Assembly (NCBI GenBank): GCA_036395755.1 | Contig: DASWCZ010000069.1 | Coordinates: forward strand, 77,988 to 141,987 | Direction of reading: 5' to 3' | DNA length: 64,000 nt | Origin: Thermoanaerobaculia bacterium | GTDB taxonomy: Bacteria; Acidobacteriota; Thermoanaerobaculia; UBA5066; Gp7-AA6 | In this document: positions 37,601-48,844 of the stretch, piece after piece | Numbering within the stretch: the first letter of the stretch is position 1 | Layout of the letters: every line of letters begins with the position of its first letter | Translations under genes and position numbers: made by a program | The notes under the pieces: generated by a model | What the model saw: only the letters and a program-made list of their open reading frames with translations | What the model was told of the DNA's origin: nothing | Databases searched by the model: none

Positions 37601-38196
37601 GAAAAGAGAACCTGTCGGGTGAGCGGGGGTTGACGTTGATCGAGATCCTCGTCGCGCTCTCGATCCTCGCGCTCGCCGTGCTCGCCCTGGCGCCGCTCTT
37701 CACCGGCGCGATCCGCACGAACGCCTCTTCCAATATGCTGACGAACGCCAACACGCTGGCGCGGGAGAAGCTCGAGGAGCTCTCGGGCTACCCCCGCAAC
37801 GATCCCCGCCTGAACGTCACGACGCCCTCGAACGCAGCGGCTCCGACGGGCGTGGCCGTCTCGCCTGCGCCCCTCGCGGTCGTCGGCGCCTGCGATGCGG
37901 TTCCGGGCGCCAGCCCCGCCCGAACGTACTGTGAGAACGATCTCCCGATGTGGTACCAGCCTTCCACGGGAGCGACCTCCTACGCGGCCACGTCGCCCGG
38001 CGCCGGCTGGTTCCGCTTCCCGTACTCGAGGGTCTACACGATCGAGCAATTCGACGGGACCCTGACGACCCGCATCGCGTCTCCCAACCCCTACATCGTC
38101 AAGCTGATCACGGTGATCGTGCAGCCGACTATCGGCCCGCTGCCGGGTCTGCGCCGGACGACCCAGTCGCTCTACCTGCGGGTGAAAAATGCCTGA
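37597..38196 (+). CDS. Type IV minor pilin, PilV-like
   Basis: ERG|LTLIEILVAL, LAREKLEEL; ATGA overlap with previous gene. Confidence 0.8.
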   Translation: MRKENLSGERGLTLIEILVALSILALAVLALAPLFTGAIRTNASSNMLTNANTLAREKLEELSGYPRNDPRLNVTTPSNAAAPTGVAVSPAPLAVVGACDAVPGASPARTYCENDLPMWYQPSTGATSYAATSPGAGWFRFPYSRVYTIEQFDGTLTTRIASPNPYIVKLITVIVQPTIGPLPGLRRTTQSLYLRVKNA

Positions 38197-39475
38197 GCGG
38201 AACGAACGCGGGATGACGCTCATCGAAGTGCTCGTGTCGCTCGCCGTGCTGATCACGGTCGTGGCCGGCCTCTACACGCTGCTCGACCGCGGAAACAAGC
38301 TGGCCAAGCAGGAGACCAATGTCGCCGAGGCGCAGCAGTCCTCGCGGATCGGCATCTACGAGCTGTCCCGGCAGATCCGTCAGGCGCGCGTCGGCGGCCT
38401 CTTTTTCGCCAACGCCGTCCTGCCGGTGGAGAACAACAGCGCGGGCGGAGTCAGCGTGAACGACCTCTCCGGCATCGCGCACTTCACCCGCAAGGGGACC
38501 GACGTCATCGAGGTCCGCGGCATCCTGTCCGGAGACAAGTACTACTTCGCCTCCGGCGACGTCACCTGCGCGGGCAGCTGCGCGACGACGACCGCCGCCA
38601 CGGTGACCATCCACTCGACCTCGACGGGCGGCGTGTCCAACTTCGCGCCGGGCAGCGCGCCCTCTCTCATCAGCCGGACCCGTCCCTTCTTTTTCGCCGT
38701 GGCGGCCGGGGCAAACGACGTCGTGAACATCTCGGGGACCGATTACCTGGTCCCGGAGTACATCGTCGGTCTCGTAGACACCGGCGGGACCTGGTACACG
38801 CAGACCGCCAGTACGTTCACGTTCACCATGAACCCGCAGGATTCGGGAGCGAAGAAATTGAACGCATCCAACTCGACCGCTCCCAGCATCGACAAGCCTT
38901 TCTCGGGAGGCATGGTCGATGAAGTCCGATTCTTCGTCGATGAGGGCCCGGCGGACGTCTCGGCGAGCAACGCCGATACCCATCCCTCGCTGGTCGAGGC
39001 CACGTTCGACCCGGGCTCCGGCAACTACGATATTCAGCCGCTCGTGGACGAAGTGGAGGACTTCCAGGTCGCCTACGGCGTGGACGGCGCCGACGCCTCG
39101 GTTCACGACAAGGGGGTCGATCCCGCGAAAATCGATACGAGCGGCAGCAACAAAGACGAGTGGGTCGGCAACGTCGCCAACGAGGTCTCGACGACGCTTG
39201 CGCTGAGCTCCACCGATCCGAAATTTGTCCCGGGGTTCGTAGATACCACCGTCCCAAGCGGCTCCTCGGACCCCGCGCTCGCCCTTCCTTCGCTCCGCTC
39301 GGTCTGGCTTTCGCTCGTCGTCAAGTCGACCGACCCGGACTTCGTGTACGGCGGGCCGGGCGCGCGGGGCATTCAGATCCTGGATTCGACGATCAAGAAC
39401 TTCTCGACCGCGACGGGCCGGCCCTATCGACGCCGGCTCCAATCTTTTGCGGTCTCGCTGAGGAACTACTCGTGA
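38189..39475 (+). CDS. Type IV minor pilin, PilW-like
   Basis: ERG|MTLIE, QIRQA, VEDFQVAYG, C-terminal VSLRN. Confidence 0.82.
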   Translation: MPERNERGMTLIEVLVSLAVLITVVAGLYTLLDRGNKLAKQETNVAEAQQSSRIGIYELSRQIRQARVGGLFFANAVLPVENNSAGGVSVNDLSGIAHFTRKGTDVIEVRGILSGDKYYFASGDVTCAGSCATTTAATVTIHSTSTGGVSNFAPGSAPSLISRTRPFFFAVAAGANDVVNISGTDYLVPEYIVGLVDTGGTWYTQTASTFTFTMNPQDSGAKKLNASNSTAPSIDKPFSGGMVDEVRFFVDEGPADVSASNADTHPSLVEATFDPGSGNYDIQPLVDEVEDFQVAYGVDGADASVHDKGVDPAKIDTSGSNKDEWVGNVANEVSTTLALSSTDPKFVPGFVDTTVPSGSSDPALALPSLRSVWLSLVVKSTDPDFVYGGPGARGIQILDSTIKNFSTATGRPYRRRLQSFAVSLRNYS

Positions 39476-39498
39476 GGCCCTCGATCGGGGTGGAAACC

Positions 39499-40005
39499 AT
39501 GAGAATTCTTTTGCATCCGAAACACCGCGGGCGCGGCGAGAGAGGCATCGCGCTCTTCCTCGCGATCCTGCTGCTCTTGATCCTGACGGTCATGGGCGTC
39601 GCGCTCATGTTCACCGCCTCGATCGAACAGACCCTGTCCGCCACCGAGACGAAGATCTCGAAGATCTTCTACGCCGCCGACTCCGGCATCGAGTACGGCA
39701 CCGGCATGCTGAACAACACCATCGCCTACAACGGCGGACTCATGCCGGTCGGGGTTTCCAGCAACTACCCGACGGTGACGACCCCGGACATGGCCGTGAC
39801 CGTCTCTCAGCCGGTTCTTCTCGGTTACTCGATCCTCCCCGGAGATCAGATCCAGTCCTCGGGCAAAGGGTACGGGACCAGCCAGATCGTCGAGAACGTC
39901 TACGCGCTGACGTCGACCGCGAACTCGACCAACATTCAGGCGAGCAAGACGATCGATGCCGACGTGGGCATCTATCCGAAGACGCTTTCCATTCCGACTC
40001 CATAG
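39499..40005 (+). CDS. Type IV minor pilin, PilX-like
   Basis: ERG|IALFL (no Glu5), FYAADSGIE. Confidence 0.8.
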   Translation: MRILLHPKHRGRGERGIALFLAILLLLILTVMGVALMFTASIEQTLSATETKISKIFYAADSGIEYGTGMLNNTIAYNGGLMPVGVSSNYPTVTTPDMAVTVSQPVLLGYSILPGDQIQSSGKGYGTSQIVENVYALTSTANSTNIQASKTIDADVGIYPKTLSIPTP

Positions 40006-40021
40006 GAGTCGAGGAGAAACC

Positions 40022-43000
40022 ATGCTCCGTCACGCGCGCTGCTTCCTTCTCGCCCTGGGAGTGATTTCGGCCGTCGTCCAACCGGTCCTCGGCGACGACA
40101 AGGACCTGCTGAAGAGCGGTGACGCCTCGGGAACGCCGCCGAACCTGCTCGTCGTCTTCGGCAACACGGAGACTACGACGCAGTCGCTCAGCGTGCTTCT
40201 GAATACGCCCATGAGCACCTGGGACGGCGACGCGGACTCTGCCTCAAGCAAGCTCGGCGCCGCAAAGCGAGTGATTCGCCAGTTCGTCGCCGACCACCAC
40301 ACGCAGTTCAACATCGGTCTGACCGCGTTCTCCCGTCCTCCGAACAACAATCAGACGAGCATCCTCCAAAAGCACTGGATCTACGCGCCGGTGGCGACCG
40401 ACTTTCCGGCCGAGACGTGGGCAGAACCGATTGGAACCCTCGAGAGGTGGGGAGTCGGCGGCGAGGGCCCGTGCACGAACAAAACGGTTCCCGTCTGCAG
40501 CGACCGGTCCCCCGTGCTCACGCTTCCGAGCGGAAATGCGGGCAGTCTGACCGGTCCTTTCTTCGGCTCCAACCCCGGAACGGCGGGCACGACGTGCGGC
40601 TCGGCCGGTATGGCCTGCATCAACCTCTCGAACAACGAGCGGATCCGCGTGCGGATAACGACCGGCAAGTACGGCGACGCGTTCACGGATGGGACGCTCG
40701 CCACTTACACGCTCGGAGGCTCCCCGCCTCGCTCCGTTCAGGTGACGAAGGAATATCAGACGAAGTCCGGCAACACGTGGACGACGCAGGCGTTGACGCC
40801 GCACAGCAATCCCGGGACCATCGTGGTTCCGTACGTCGCGATGGGCTCACCCATCCCGGCCTCGGGCGGCTCGCCGGACCCGACGCTCTTTTATGCGACC
40901 GGCGCCACGAACTCCACGGGAGGCTCGATCGCCGGCCGGTCGCTCGGCTTCTTGAGCGAGCCCCAGAGCGACTTCACTATGCAGGCGAACTGCTCGGGCC
41001 TGGAGTTCCAGCAAAACGGGAATCTGCTGGTCAATATCCCCCGCGACTATCAGATCCCGGACCCGAACAACCCGGGTCAGTGCCTGCCGGCGAAGGACTC
41101 CTACCCCTGCGTCAAGCGGTTGCTGCGGCCTCAGGCGTACATCGAGAACTACGACACCTCGACCGGCACGTTCACGACCAACGACCCGGACAACCCGGGC
41201 TACACACAGACCGGGCAGAGCAAGTACGCCGACGGCTGCGACCCAACCCTCTTGGGCGCCCTAGCCGGCAGCCAGAACCTGGACAGCGTCGAGAGAACGG
41301 TGATCCTGACCGCAAAGAACGGAAACCAGGCTCCAATCAAAAACGCTCTTCAGAACATCCTCGACTACTTCACCAAACCGGGGATCGATGGGTTCACGAA
41401 CGGCGTGCGCGGGGACGATCCGAACGCCGGCTGCCGCAACGGCGCGGTCATCCTGATCTATGACACGTTCAACGCCTGCACGAATGATAGCTGCGGCTTC
41501 CTGACCAGCAAGTTCCTGACCACTTTTAAACAGCTCGGCATCCCGATCTACGTCATCGGCTTCGGGGCGAGCGCCGCGGCCACGGCGGACACCGGCGTCT
41601 GCATCGCGCACAATAGCGGCGCGATCCTCCCCGACGGCAGCGACGGCTATTTCCCGGTCACGACCGCCGCTCAGCTCGTCCAGGCATTGAACGACATCGC
41701 CGTGTTCGTCCTCCAGAGCCAGAAAGGCTTCGTCGCGGCGACGATTTCGACGGCGCAGGCCGCCGGAGACCAGATGGTGTACCTCGCGACGTTCAACGCG
41801 GCGAGCTCGCGCTCCATCTGGGATGGACGGGTCAATGGTTACAGGCTCGACGCGAACGGCAAGCTCCAGCTCGGGACGCGGACGATCAAGGACCAGAACG
41901 ATCCGTTCGCCAACGTTCCACTCCCGGCCCCCTCGAACGACCCGGCCTCGCTGATCTGGAACGCGGGCCAGAACCTGGCGCAGACGCCCGGGACGGGAGC
42001 GACGAATTCCTCCGCCATCCTCGCTCCCAACGCGACAAAGACCAACGGAACCTACTCGGACGGCTCGAACGACACGGTCTCGACGATCGCGACGACCCGC
42101 TACCCCGGGCGAAAGATCGTCTTCTCGCTGCCGACGGGCTACACCGATCCGGTGCCGACTCTTCCGATTCCCCCTTCGAGCTCCGTGCCGGAAGGCCGGC
42201 ACGACCTGACCGCCTCGACAAGCGCGACCTGGTGGCCGGCGCTGAAGGCGCTGCTCGGGCCTCAGACCTCGCCTCCGGCGGTGGTTTCGCCGGCGCTCAC
42301 CGACACCGACGCGACCGACTCTCTCCGGTTCATCTGGGGAGATCGGGACGCCGTCATGGGCGCGCTCGCCTCGACCGCCACACAGAAGTACACGCCTCCC
42401 AACAGCTCGTTCCAGTTGAAGCTCGGGGACATGTTCCACGCCGGCCCGGTTCTGGTCGGACCGCCGAGCGAGTTCGCGTACTACGCAGCGAACCTGAACA
42501 ACTACCAGACCTACCGAAACACGTTCCTGCGGCGGCGCCGCGTTCTCTTCTTCGGCGCGAACGACGGCCTGTTCCACGCCGTGGACGCCGGCGCCTGGGA
42601 CCGGACCCCGTCGCTCTGCGTGAATCCGGACGGGACGCAGGGTCACTGCTTCGACCTCGGAACCGGCGCGGAGCTCTTCGCTTATGCGCCGCGGGCGATC
42701 ATGCAGCTCTTCAAGCCCCTGAAGGATGCCGTCGGAGCGCAATCGAAGCGGGACGAATGGTCCGTGGATGGCTCCCCGACCGCGGGCGACGTCTTCATCG
42801 ATTCCGCGAACAACGGCGTGCCAACACCTGCCAACCGGATGTGGCACACCGTCCTCGTCGGCGGAATGCGGGAAGGCTCGCCGTTCGAAGGGACATCCGG
42901 CGCCGCGCCCGCGGTTTCGCTGGGAAGCTATTACGCGCTCGATCTGACGCAGCCGGACGAGCTCGTCCCGGACGGCAGCGGCGGCTTCACCATGCCGGTC

Positions 43001-44257
43001 CCGGCCACGTTCAATGCCCCGAAATGTCTGAACGTGTCGGGCGACTCGACCTGCGCCCGCGACTGGCCCACGGTCCTGTGGGAAATCTCGGACGTCGGCG
43101 ACCTCGACGTCGCTCCGTCGCCGGGGGCCGGATTCGGAGACATGGCTGAGACCTGGTCGAAGCCGGGCCTCGGCAGGGTCCGGGTCTGCACGGCCAACTG
43201 CGACACGAGCTCGCCGACCACCGAAGACCGGTACGTCGCGATCTTCGGCGGCGGGTTCGACCGGGAACGCCTGAACCGGCGCGGCAACTGGATCTACTTC
43301 ATCGACGTCGAGACCGGTCACGTGCTCTACCGCGCGAACTCGAGCTGCGGGATCAACTCCGGGTCGGGATGCTCGCCGACCTACTTCGCTTCGATTCCGT
43401 CCGAAGCGGCCGTGCTCGATACGTCCGGTGATGGGTTGCTCGACGTCGTCTACTTCGGAGACCAGAAGGGTCAGCTCTGGCGGATCGACCTTTCCGACCT
43501 GAGGATGAGCGCTTCACCGCCGGGCAGCCGCTGGCAGACCCAGATCGATCCTTCGGCGGGGTCGGCGAAGCCGTTCCTCGTCTTCCAGGCTCCGCAGCCG
43601 GTGGCCCCGGCAGTCGATCCCTTCTATCCGATCTACTACCGGCCGACGGCGGTTTACCTGGGCTACAACGTCAACGGCAAGGCCGCGTTGGGTCTCGCGT
43701 TCGGGACCGGAGACCGGGACGACATCCTGTCGAGGAACTTCCCGGGAAGTCTCAACTTCAAGCAGCGCTTCTACTACGTGGTCGACAAGGCGAACACTCT
43801 GACGCGGACGGAGAGCGACCTCTACGACATCACCTCGTCGACCGCCCCGAGCACCACTTCGGTGCCGGCGAACGGCTGGATGATCGAGCTCGCCAAGGGC
43901 GAGCGCGTGATCACCGACTCGATCTCCATCAACGGCGTCATCTTCTTCACGACCTACAACCCGAACGGTACGGTGACAGGTCCCAATGCCTGCGGGAACG
44001 CCGGCAAGTGCGGCCTCGCGCCCGGGACGGCAAGGTTGTATCGGGTTCTGTACGCAACCGGGAACCCGTACAGCGGCACGGACCGCGCGGAGGTCCAGAC
44101 GCAGGGCGGCTTCCTGTCGGAGCCGGTGTACTTCCAGTCGAGGGACCAGCAGGGCAACATCTTCTACAGCACCGAGAACACCGTGAAGACTGAGAACGCG
44201 CCGGGCGGCAAAAAGACGTCGATCAAGGGCTGGAAGGAACGCTCCCGACGGCCCTAG
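40022..44257 (+). CDS. pilY1: PilY1/PilC-type pilus adhesin (vWA-like N-terminus, beta-propeller)
   Basis: Signal peptide; SKLGAAKRVI, IYVIGF, KLGDMFH, GANDGLFHA, GAELFAYAP, ETWSKP, DTSGDGLLD, GDQKGQLWR, C-terminal WKE. Confidence 0.85.
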   Translation: MLRHARCFLLALGVISAVVQPVLGDDKDLLKSGDASGTPPNLLVVFGNTETTTQSLSVLLNTPMSTWDGDADSASSKLGAAKRVIRQFVADHHTQFNIGLTAFSRPPNNNQTSILQKHWIYAPVATDFPAETWAEPIGTLERWGVGGEGPCTNKTVPVCSDRSPVLTLPSGNAGSLTGPFFGSNPGTAGTTCGSAGMACINLSNNERIRVRITTGKYGDAFTDGTLATYTLGGSPPRSVQVTKEYQTKSGNTWTTQALTPHSNPGTIVVPYVAMGSPIPASGGSPDPTLFYATGATNSTGGSIAGRSLGFLSEPQSDFTMQANCSGLEFQQNGNLLVNIPRDYQIPDPNNPGQCLPAKDSYPCVKRLLRPQAYIENYDTSTGTFTTNDPDNPGYTQTGQSKYADGCDPTLLGALAGSQNLDSVERTVILTAKNGNQAPIKNALQNILDYFTKPGIDGFTNGVRGDDPNAGCRNGAVILIYDTFNACTNDSCGFLTSKFLTTFKQLGIPIYVIGFGASAAATADTGVCIAHNSGAILPDGSDGYFPVTTAAQLVQALNDIAVFVLQSQKGFVAATISTAQAAGDQMVYLATFNAASSRSIWDGRVNGYRLDANGKLQLGTRTIKDQNDPFANVPLPAPSNDPASLIWNAGQNLAQTPGTGATNSSAILAPNATKTNGTYSDGSNDTVSTIATTRYPGRKIVFSLPTGYTDPVPTLPIPPSSSVPEGRHDLTASTSATWWPALKALLGPQTSPPAVVSPALTDTDATDSLRFIWGDRDAVMGALASTATQKYTPPNSSFQLKLGDMFHAGPVLVGPPSEFAYYAANLNNYQTYRNTFLRRRRVLFFGANDGLFHAVDAGAWDRTPSLCVNPDGTQGHCFDLGTGAELFAYAPRAIMQLFKPLKDAVGAQSKRDEWSVDGSPTAGDVFIDSANNGVPTPANRMWHTVLVGGMREGSPFEGTSGAAPAVSLGSYYALDLTQPDELVPDGSGGFTMPVPATFNAPKCLNVSGDSTCARDWPTVLWEISDVGDLDVAPSPGAGFGDMAETWSKPGLGRVRVCTANCDTSSPTTEDRYVAIFGGGFDRERLNRRGNWIYFIDVETGHVLYRANSSCGINSGSGCSPTYFASIPSEAAVLDTSGDGLLDVVYFGDQKGQLWRIDLSDLRMSASPPGSRWQTQIDPSAGSAKPFLVFQAPQPVAPAVDPFYPIYYRPTAVYLGYNVNGKAALGLAFGTGDRDDILSRNFPGSLNFKQRFYYVVDKANTLTRTESDLYDITSSTAPSTTSVPANGWMIELAKGERVITDSISINGVIFFTTYNPNGTVTGPNACGNAGKCGLAPGTARLYRVLYATGNPYSGTDRAEVQTQGGFLSEPVYFQSRDQQGNIFYSTENTVKTENAPGGKKTSIKGWKERSRRP

Positions 44258-44280
44258 TCGGGGGGGCGAAACGGAGGACC

Positions 44281-44309
44281 GGGGCGGCCATTCGGCCGCC
44301 CCTTTTTTT
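44281..44309 (+). terminator. Intrinsic terminator of pilin cluster
   Basis: GGGGCGGCC-ATTC-GGCCGCCCC followed by TTTTTTT. Confidence 0.85.
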
Positions 44310-44320
44310 GCTGCCGGGGC

Positions 44321-46177
44321 TCAGGCGCTTTCGGCGCTCTTCCGCCGGCCGTGGTCGAGGATCCGTTTGCGCACCCGGATCGCCGAGGGCGTCACCTCGA
44401 CCAACTCGTCGTCGTTGATCCACTCGATCGCCTGCTCGATCGTGAGCAACCTCGGCTGGTTCAGCCGGACCGCGATGTCGGCCGTCGACGCCCGCATGTT
44501 CGTCAGCTGCTTGCGCCGGCAGGGCTGGACGACGAGGTCGTTGTCCTTGACCTGCTCGCCGACGATCTGGCCGCCGTAGACGGCCTCGCCCGGCTTGACG
44601 AAGAACGTGCCGCGGTCGGCGAGCTGGTCGAGCGCGTACGCGGTGACCTCTCCCGGCTCCTTTGCGATCATCGCGCCCCGCTTGCGGTTGGGAAGCGGAC
44701 CGCGGTGAGGCCCGTACTCGTCGAAGAGGTGATTCAAGAGCCCGGTCCCCCGTGTCAGGGACAGGAACTCGAGGCGGAAGCCGAGGAGGCCCCGCGAGGG
44801 GACGGTGAACTCGATGCGCGTTCGGTCGCCGTGCCGGCCGATGTGGCGCAACTCTCCCCGGCGCTCGCCCACCGCGGCGATGAGCGGCCCCGTGAACTCT
44901 TCCGCGCAGTCGATGACGAGCTCCTCGTAGGGTTCCAGGAGCTCGCCGTTCTCGCCCGTGCGGAGGATGACCTGAGGACGGCCGAGGGCGAACTCGTATC
45001 CTTCCCGCCGCATCGTTTCGGCCAGGATCGAGAGCGAGAGCTCGCCGCGCGCGAGGACGAGGGACGCGTCCGGCTCCGCGGTTTTCTGGAGACGTACGCC
45101 GACGTTTCGTTCGAGCTCCTTCTCGAGGCGCTCCCGGAGATGGCGGCCCGTGACGAACTTTCCAGAGCGGCCGGACATCGGAGAATCGTTCGTCCGGAAC
45201 TCCATCGAGAGCGTCGGCTCGTCCACCCGGATCCCGGGCAGCGGCGCCGGATCCACCGGATCGAGCAGCGTGTCGCCGATCTCGATGTCGGGCAATCCCG
45301 AGATCATGCAGATGTCGCCGGCCGAGACTTCCCCGACCTCGACCTTCTCGATCCCCGCAAAGAGCTGGATCTTGCCGGCGCGCCCCCTCTGGACGATCTC
45401 GCCGCCCGGCCGGACCGCCGCGAGCTCGCCGGTCCGCTCGAGGACTCCGGAGAAGACCCTCCCGACCGCCTGGCGGCCCACGTAGTCGGAGTATTCCGTG
45501 TTTGCCACGATCATCTTGAAAGGACCGTCTCCGATGGCGGGCGCCGGGATGTGCTCGAGAATGGCGTCCAAGAGCGGGCGGAGGTCGCCGGAGCTCGCCG
45601 ACGGATCGAAGCTCGCGAACCCGAAACGGCCCGAGCCGTACAGGACGGGGAAGTCGAGGTGATGGTCGAGCGTCGCGAGCGAGAGAAAGAGGTCGCGGAT
45701 CTCCTCCTCCACTTCGAGGGTCCGCGCGTCCGCGCGGTCGATCTTGTTGATGAGAACGATCGGCCGCTTGTCCCCTTCGATCGACTTTTTCAGCACGAAA
45801 CGGGTCTGCGGCAAAGGCCCTTCGGACGCGTCGACCAGGAGGAGCACGCCTTCCACCATCGTCAGGATGCGCTCGACCTCGGAGCCGAAGTCCCGGTGCC
45901 CGGGCGTGTCGACGATGTTGATGATCGTGTCGCGATAGCGGACGGCCGTGTTCTTCGCGAGGATCGTGATCCCCCGCTCGCGCTCGAGGTCTCCGGAGTC
46001 CATGATCAGCTCGGAAACCTGCTGGCCGGCGCGAAAGGTGCCGCACTGCTTCAACAACGCGTCGACGAGCGTCGTCTTGCCGTGGTCGACGTGGGCCACG
46101 ATGGCAAGTCCCCGCCGGTCCGCGCGGACGCGGACAGGAAGAGCGGAGGCGGAGGGAGCCGTCATGATGTCGGTCAT
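44321..46177 (-). CDS. typA: Translational GTPase TypA/BipA
   Basis: [51 protein letters not shown]. Confidence 0.95.
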   Translation of the reverse strand: MTDIMTAPSASALPVRVRADRRGLAIVAHVDHGKTTLVDALLKQCGTFRAGQQVSELIMDSGDLERERGITILAKNTAVRYRDTIINIVDTPGHRDFGSEVERILTMVEGVLLLVDASEGPLPQTRFVLKKSIEGDKRPIVLINKIDRADARTLEVEEEIRDLFLSLATLDHHLDFPVLYGSGRFGFASFDPSASSGDLRPLLDAILEHIPAPAIGDGPFKMIVANTEYSDYVGRQAVGRVFSGVLERTGELAAVRPGGEIVQRGRAGKIQLFAGIEKVEVGEVSAGDICMISGLPDIEIGDTLLDPVDPAPLPGIRVDEPTLSMEFRTNDSPMSGRSGKFVTGRHLRERLEKELERNVGVRLQKTAEPDASLVLARGELSLSILAETMRREGYEFALGRPQVILRTGENGELLEPYEELVIDCAEEFTGPLIAAVGERRGELRHIGRHGDRTRIEFTVPSRGLLGFRLEFLSLTRGTGLLNHLFDEYGPHRGPLPNRKRGAMIAKEPGEVTAYALDQLADRGTFFVKPGEAVYGGQIVGEQVKDNDLVVQPCRRKQLTNMRASTADIAVRLNQPRLLTIEQAIEWINDDELVEVTPSAIRVRKRILDHGRRKSAESA

Positions 46178-46251
46178 ATTCTCAGAAGAATGAGAGAACC
46201 AACCAAACGCTCCCGACCGGAAAACTCTTCCCGGGGGCAACGGAGGCTCTG

Positions 46252-46608
46252 GTGACGGACGCGCGCCGCCGAATCGTTTACTCGACCGGCTCCGGCCGGC
46301 TCTGCGGCACGTGCGGATGGCCCGAGGTGGACTGCCGGTGCTCCTCGAAGCTCCCGCGCAAGCCGGAGCCGGTGCCGGAGCGGATCCAGGTGAACCTCTC
46401 GGTCGAGAAGCGCGGCTCCGGCAAGATCGTGACGGTCATCGACGGGCTTCCCGGGAACGCCGAATTCCTAGCCGGCCTTGCGCGCGAGCTGAAGAAGTCA
46501 TGCGGCACCGGCGGCCGCGCCGGAAACGACTTCGTCGAGATTCAGGGGGACCATCGCGAACGCCTGCGTGAGCTCCTTGCGCGTCGAGGCTGGCGGGTCA
46601 GAGGGTAA
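46252..46608 (+). CDS. yciH: SUI1/eIF1-like translation factor YciH
   Basis: [30 protein letters not shown]. Confidence 0.9.
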   Translation: MTDARRRIVYSTGSGRLCGTCGWPEVDCRCSSKLPRKPEPVPERIQVNLSVEKRGSGKIVTVIDGLPGNAEFLAGLARELKKSCGTGGRAGNDFVEIQGDHRERLRELLARRGWRVRG

Positions 46609-46782
46609 GGCCGGTTGACCGAGGCCGGTTGCGCCGGCGCGCGGAAACGTGACACCCTTCGAACTCTTCCGCGCCGGCTTCGGCGCGACGGTAACGGCGG
46701 TCTGCCGGCGACCCCCTCCCGTTCCCCCTGGACATGCGCCGGATAATGGCGGGGCAGCGCCCCGCGGAAAGACGTCAACTCC

Positions 46783-48192
46783 ATGGCCTTTTCCGGTTTC
46801 GGACTCCACCCCGATGTCTTAAAGGGCGTCCGCGAGATGGGTTTCTCGCGACCGACGCCGATCCAGAAGGACGCGATCCCTGCCGCTCTCGAGGGACGGG
46901 ACCTCCTCGCGACGGCAGCGACGGGGAGCGGCAAGACGGCCGCGTTCCTGCTGCCGATCCTTCACCGACTGCTGCCCAAACCGCGCCGCGCGACACGCGC
47001 ACTGATCATCACCCCGACGCGCGAGCTCGCCGCGCAGATCGAGGACCACGCTCGTCAGCTCGCCGTGCATACCCCCATCCAGACGGCGACCGTGTTCGGA
47101 GGCGTGGCGATGGGGCCGCAGGAGCACGCGTTCCGCGCCGGAGTCGACGTGATCGTTGCGACACCGGGCAGGCTCCTCGACCATTTCCGGCACGCCTACG
47201 CGCGGCTCGACAGCCTCGAAATCCTCGTGATCGACGAGGCGGACCGGATGCTCGACATGGGATTCCTGCCCGACATCCGGCGGGTCCTGAAACACGTGCC
47301 CTCGCGGCGTCAGACGCTGTTCTTCTCGGCCACGATGCCTCCGCCCATCGTCACGCTGGCGCGCGAGATCCTCCGCGACCCCGTTCCCGTCAACGTTGAG
47401 CGCCCGGCGGCGCCGGCGGTCGGCATCACTCAGGCCGTTTATCCGGTGACCGGAAACCTGAAGACGCCGCTTCTCGCCGAGCTGCTGCGACGCGGCGACC
47501 TCCAGAACGCCCTCGTCTTCACCCGGACGAAGCACCGCGCCAACCGGCTCTTCGAGGCGCTGTCGAAGCGGGGCGTCTCCGTCGAGCGCATTCACGGCAA
47601 CCGCAGCCAGCCGCAGCGGACCCAGGCGCTCGGCGGGTTCAAGAGCGGCAGGTACAAGGTTCTGGTCGCGACGGACATCGCGGCCCGCGGGATCGACGTC
47701 GAGGCTCTTCCCCACGTCGTGAACTTCGACGTGCCGCACGTTCCGGACGACTACATCCATCGCGTCGGTCGAACCGCTCGAGCGGAACGGACCGGCGACG
47801 CCTTCACGTTCGTCTCGCCGGAGGAGGAGGGGGACCTGCGCGCCATCGAAAGGGCGCTCGGCCGCCGGCTGCCCCGGATTACCCTGCCCGGATTCGATTA
47901 CTCAGCCGCGCCGGCGGAGCGATTGGAGATCCCCATCGCCGAGCGCATCGCCGCGATCCGCGCCCGCAAGGCGGGCGATCGCGAGCGCGCGAAGGCGAAG
48001 TCCGCCCGACGGGGAGCGACGGCGGCGACTGCGGCGCCCGCGACGGCTGCTGTTCGGCGAATCGGAGGACCCGTGGCCTCCGGACGGCCCGCGGGGCCGT
48101 CGGGATCCGCCGGCGGACAGACGTCGTGGTCGAGCCGCCGGAGCCGGCGGGGTCCCGGCCGGAGATCCTCCGCGAGAAGCCGGCGTCCGTGA
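46783..48192 (+). CDS. DEAD-box RNA helicase (RhlE-like)
   Basis: ATGSGKT, PTRELA, DEAD, SAT, HRVGRTAR; basic tail. Confidence 0.95.
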   Translation: MAFSGFGLHPDVLKGVREMGFSRPTPIQKDAIPAALEGRDLLATAATGSGKTAAFLLPILHRLLPKPRRATRALIITPTRELAAQIEDHARQLAVHTPIQTATVFGGVAMGPQEHAFRAGVDVIVATPGRLLDHFRHAYARLDSLEILVIDEADRMLDMGFLPDIRRVLKHVPSRRQTLFFSATMPPPIVTLAREILRDPVPVNVERPAAPAVGITQAVYPVTGNLKTPLLAELLRRGDLQNALVFTRTKHRANRLFEALSKRGVSVERIHGNRSQPQRTQALGGFKSGRYKVLVATDIAARGIDVEALPHVVNFDVPHVPDDYIHRVGRTARAERTGDAFTFVSPEEEGDLRAIERALGRRLPRITLPGFDYSAAPAERLEIPIAERIAAIRARKAGDRERAKAKSARRGATAATAAPATAAVRRIGGPVASGRPAGPSGSAGGQTSWSSRRSRRGPGRRSSARSRRP

Positions 48193-48812
48193 CGACACGG
48201 GTCTATCTGGTGCGCCACGGAGCGACCGTGTTCTCCGAGGACCGTTTTGCCGGAGAGACGAACGTTCCTCTCTCCGAGATCGGGTGCGCGCAGGCCCGTG
48301 CTTTGGGCGCGCGGCTCGCCGGCGACCCGATCGATGCCTTCTACGCCTCGCCGCTCGATCGCGCGCTCGAGACCGCGCGACTCGTCGCCGCTCCGCACGG
48401 GCGGGAGGTCGTCCCGCGCGCGGAGCTCCGCGAGATCTCGCACGGCCGCTGGGAACAGAAGACACTGGCGGAAGTCGAGAGCCTCTACCCCGGCGAACAC
48501 GCGCGTTGGGAGTCGGACCCTTTTTCCTTCGCTCCCGAAGGCGGGGAGACCGGGCTCGCCGTCATGGCGCGCGCTCTTCCCGCTCTGCTCGAGATCGTCG
48601 CATCGCATCCCGACGGCCGGGTTCTCGCCGTGTCGCACAAGGCGACCATTCGGCTTCTCGTCAGCGCGCTCCTGGGATTCGATGCCCGCGGCTATCGGGA
48701 TCGGCTCGACTCCAGTCCTGCTGGCCTCTCCATCCTGGATTTCCGCGAGCCGAGCCGGGCGCGTCTGGCGCTCTTCAACGACACGTCGCACTACGAAGCG
48801 CCGGTGCGGTGA
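48189..48812 (+). CDS. Histidine phosphatase (phosphoglycerate mutase family)
   Basis: LVRHGAT, SPLDRA.ETA, LRE, VSH, NDTSH; GTGA overlap. Confidence 0.9.
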   Translation: MTTRVYLVRHGATVFSEDRFAGETNVPLSEIGCAQARALGARLAGDPIDAFYASPLDRALETARLVAAPHGREVVPRAELREISHGRWEQKTLAEVESLYPGEHARWESDPFSFAPEGGETGLAVMARALPALLEIVASHPDGRVLAVSHKATIRLLVSALLGFDARGYRDRLDSSPAGLSILDFREPSRARLALFNDTSHYEAPVR

Positions 48813-48844
48813 CGGAGTCGGCAGCGGAGGTCGACGAGCTCGAG

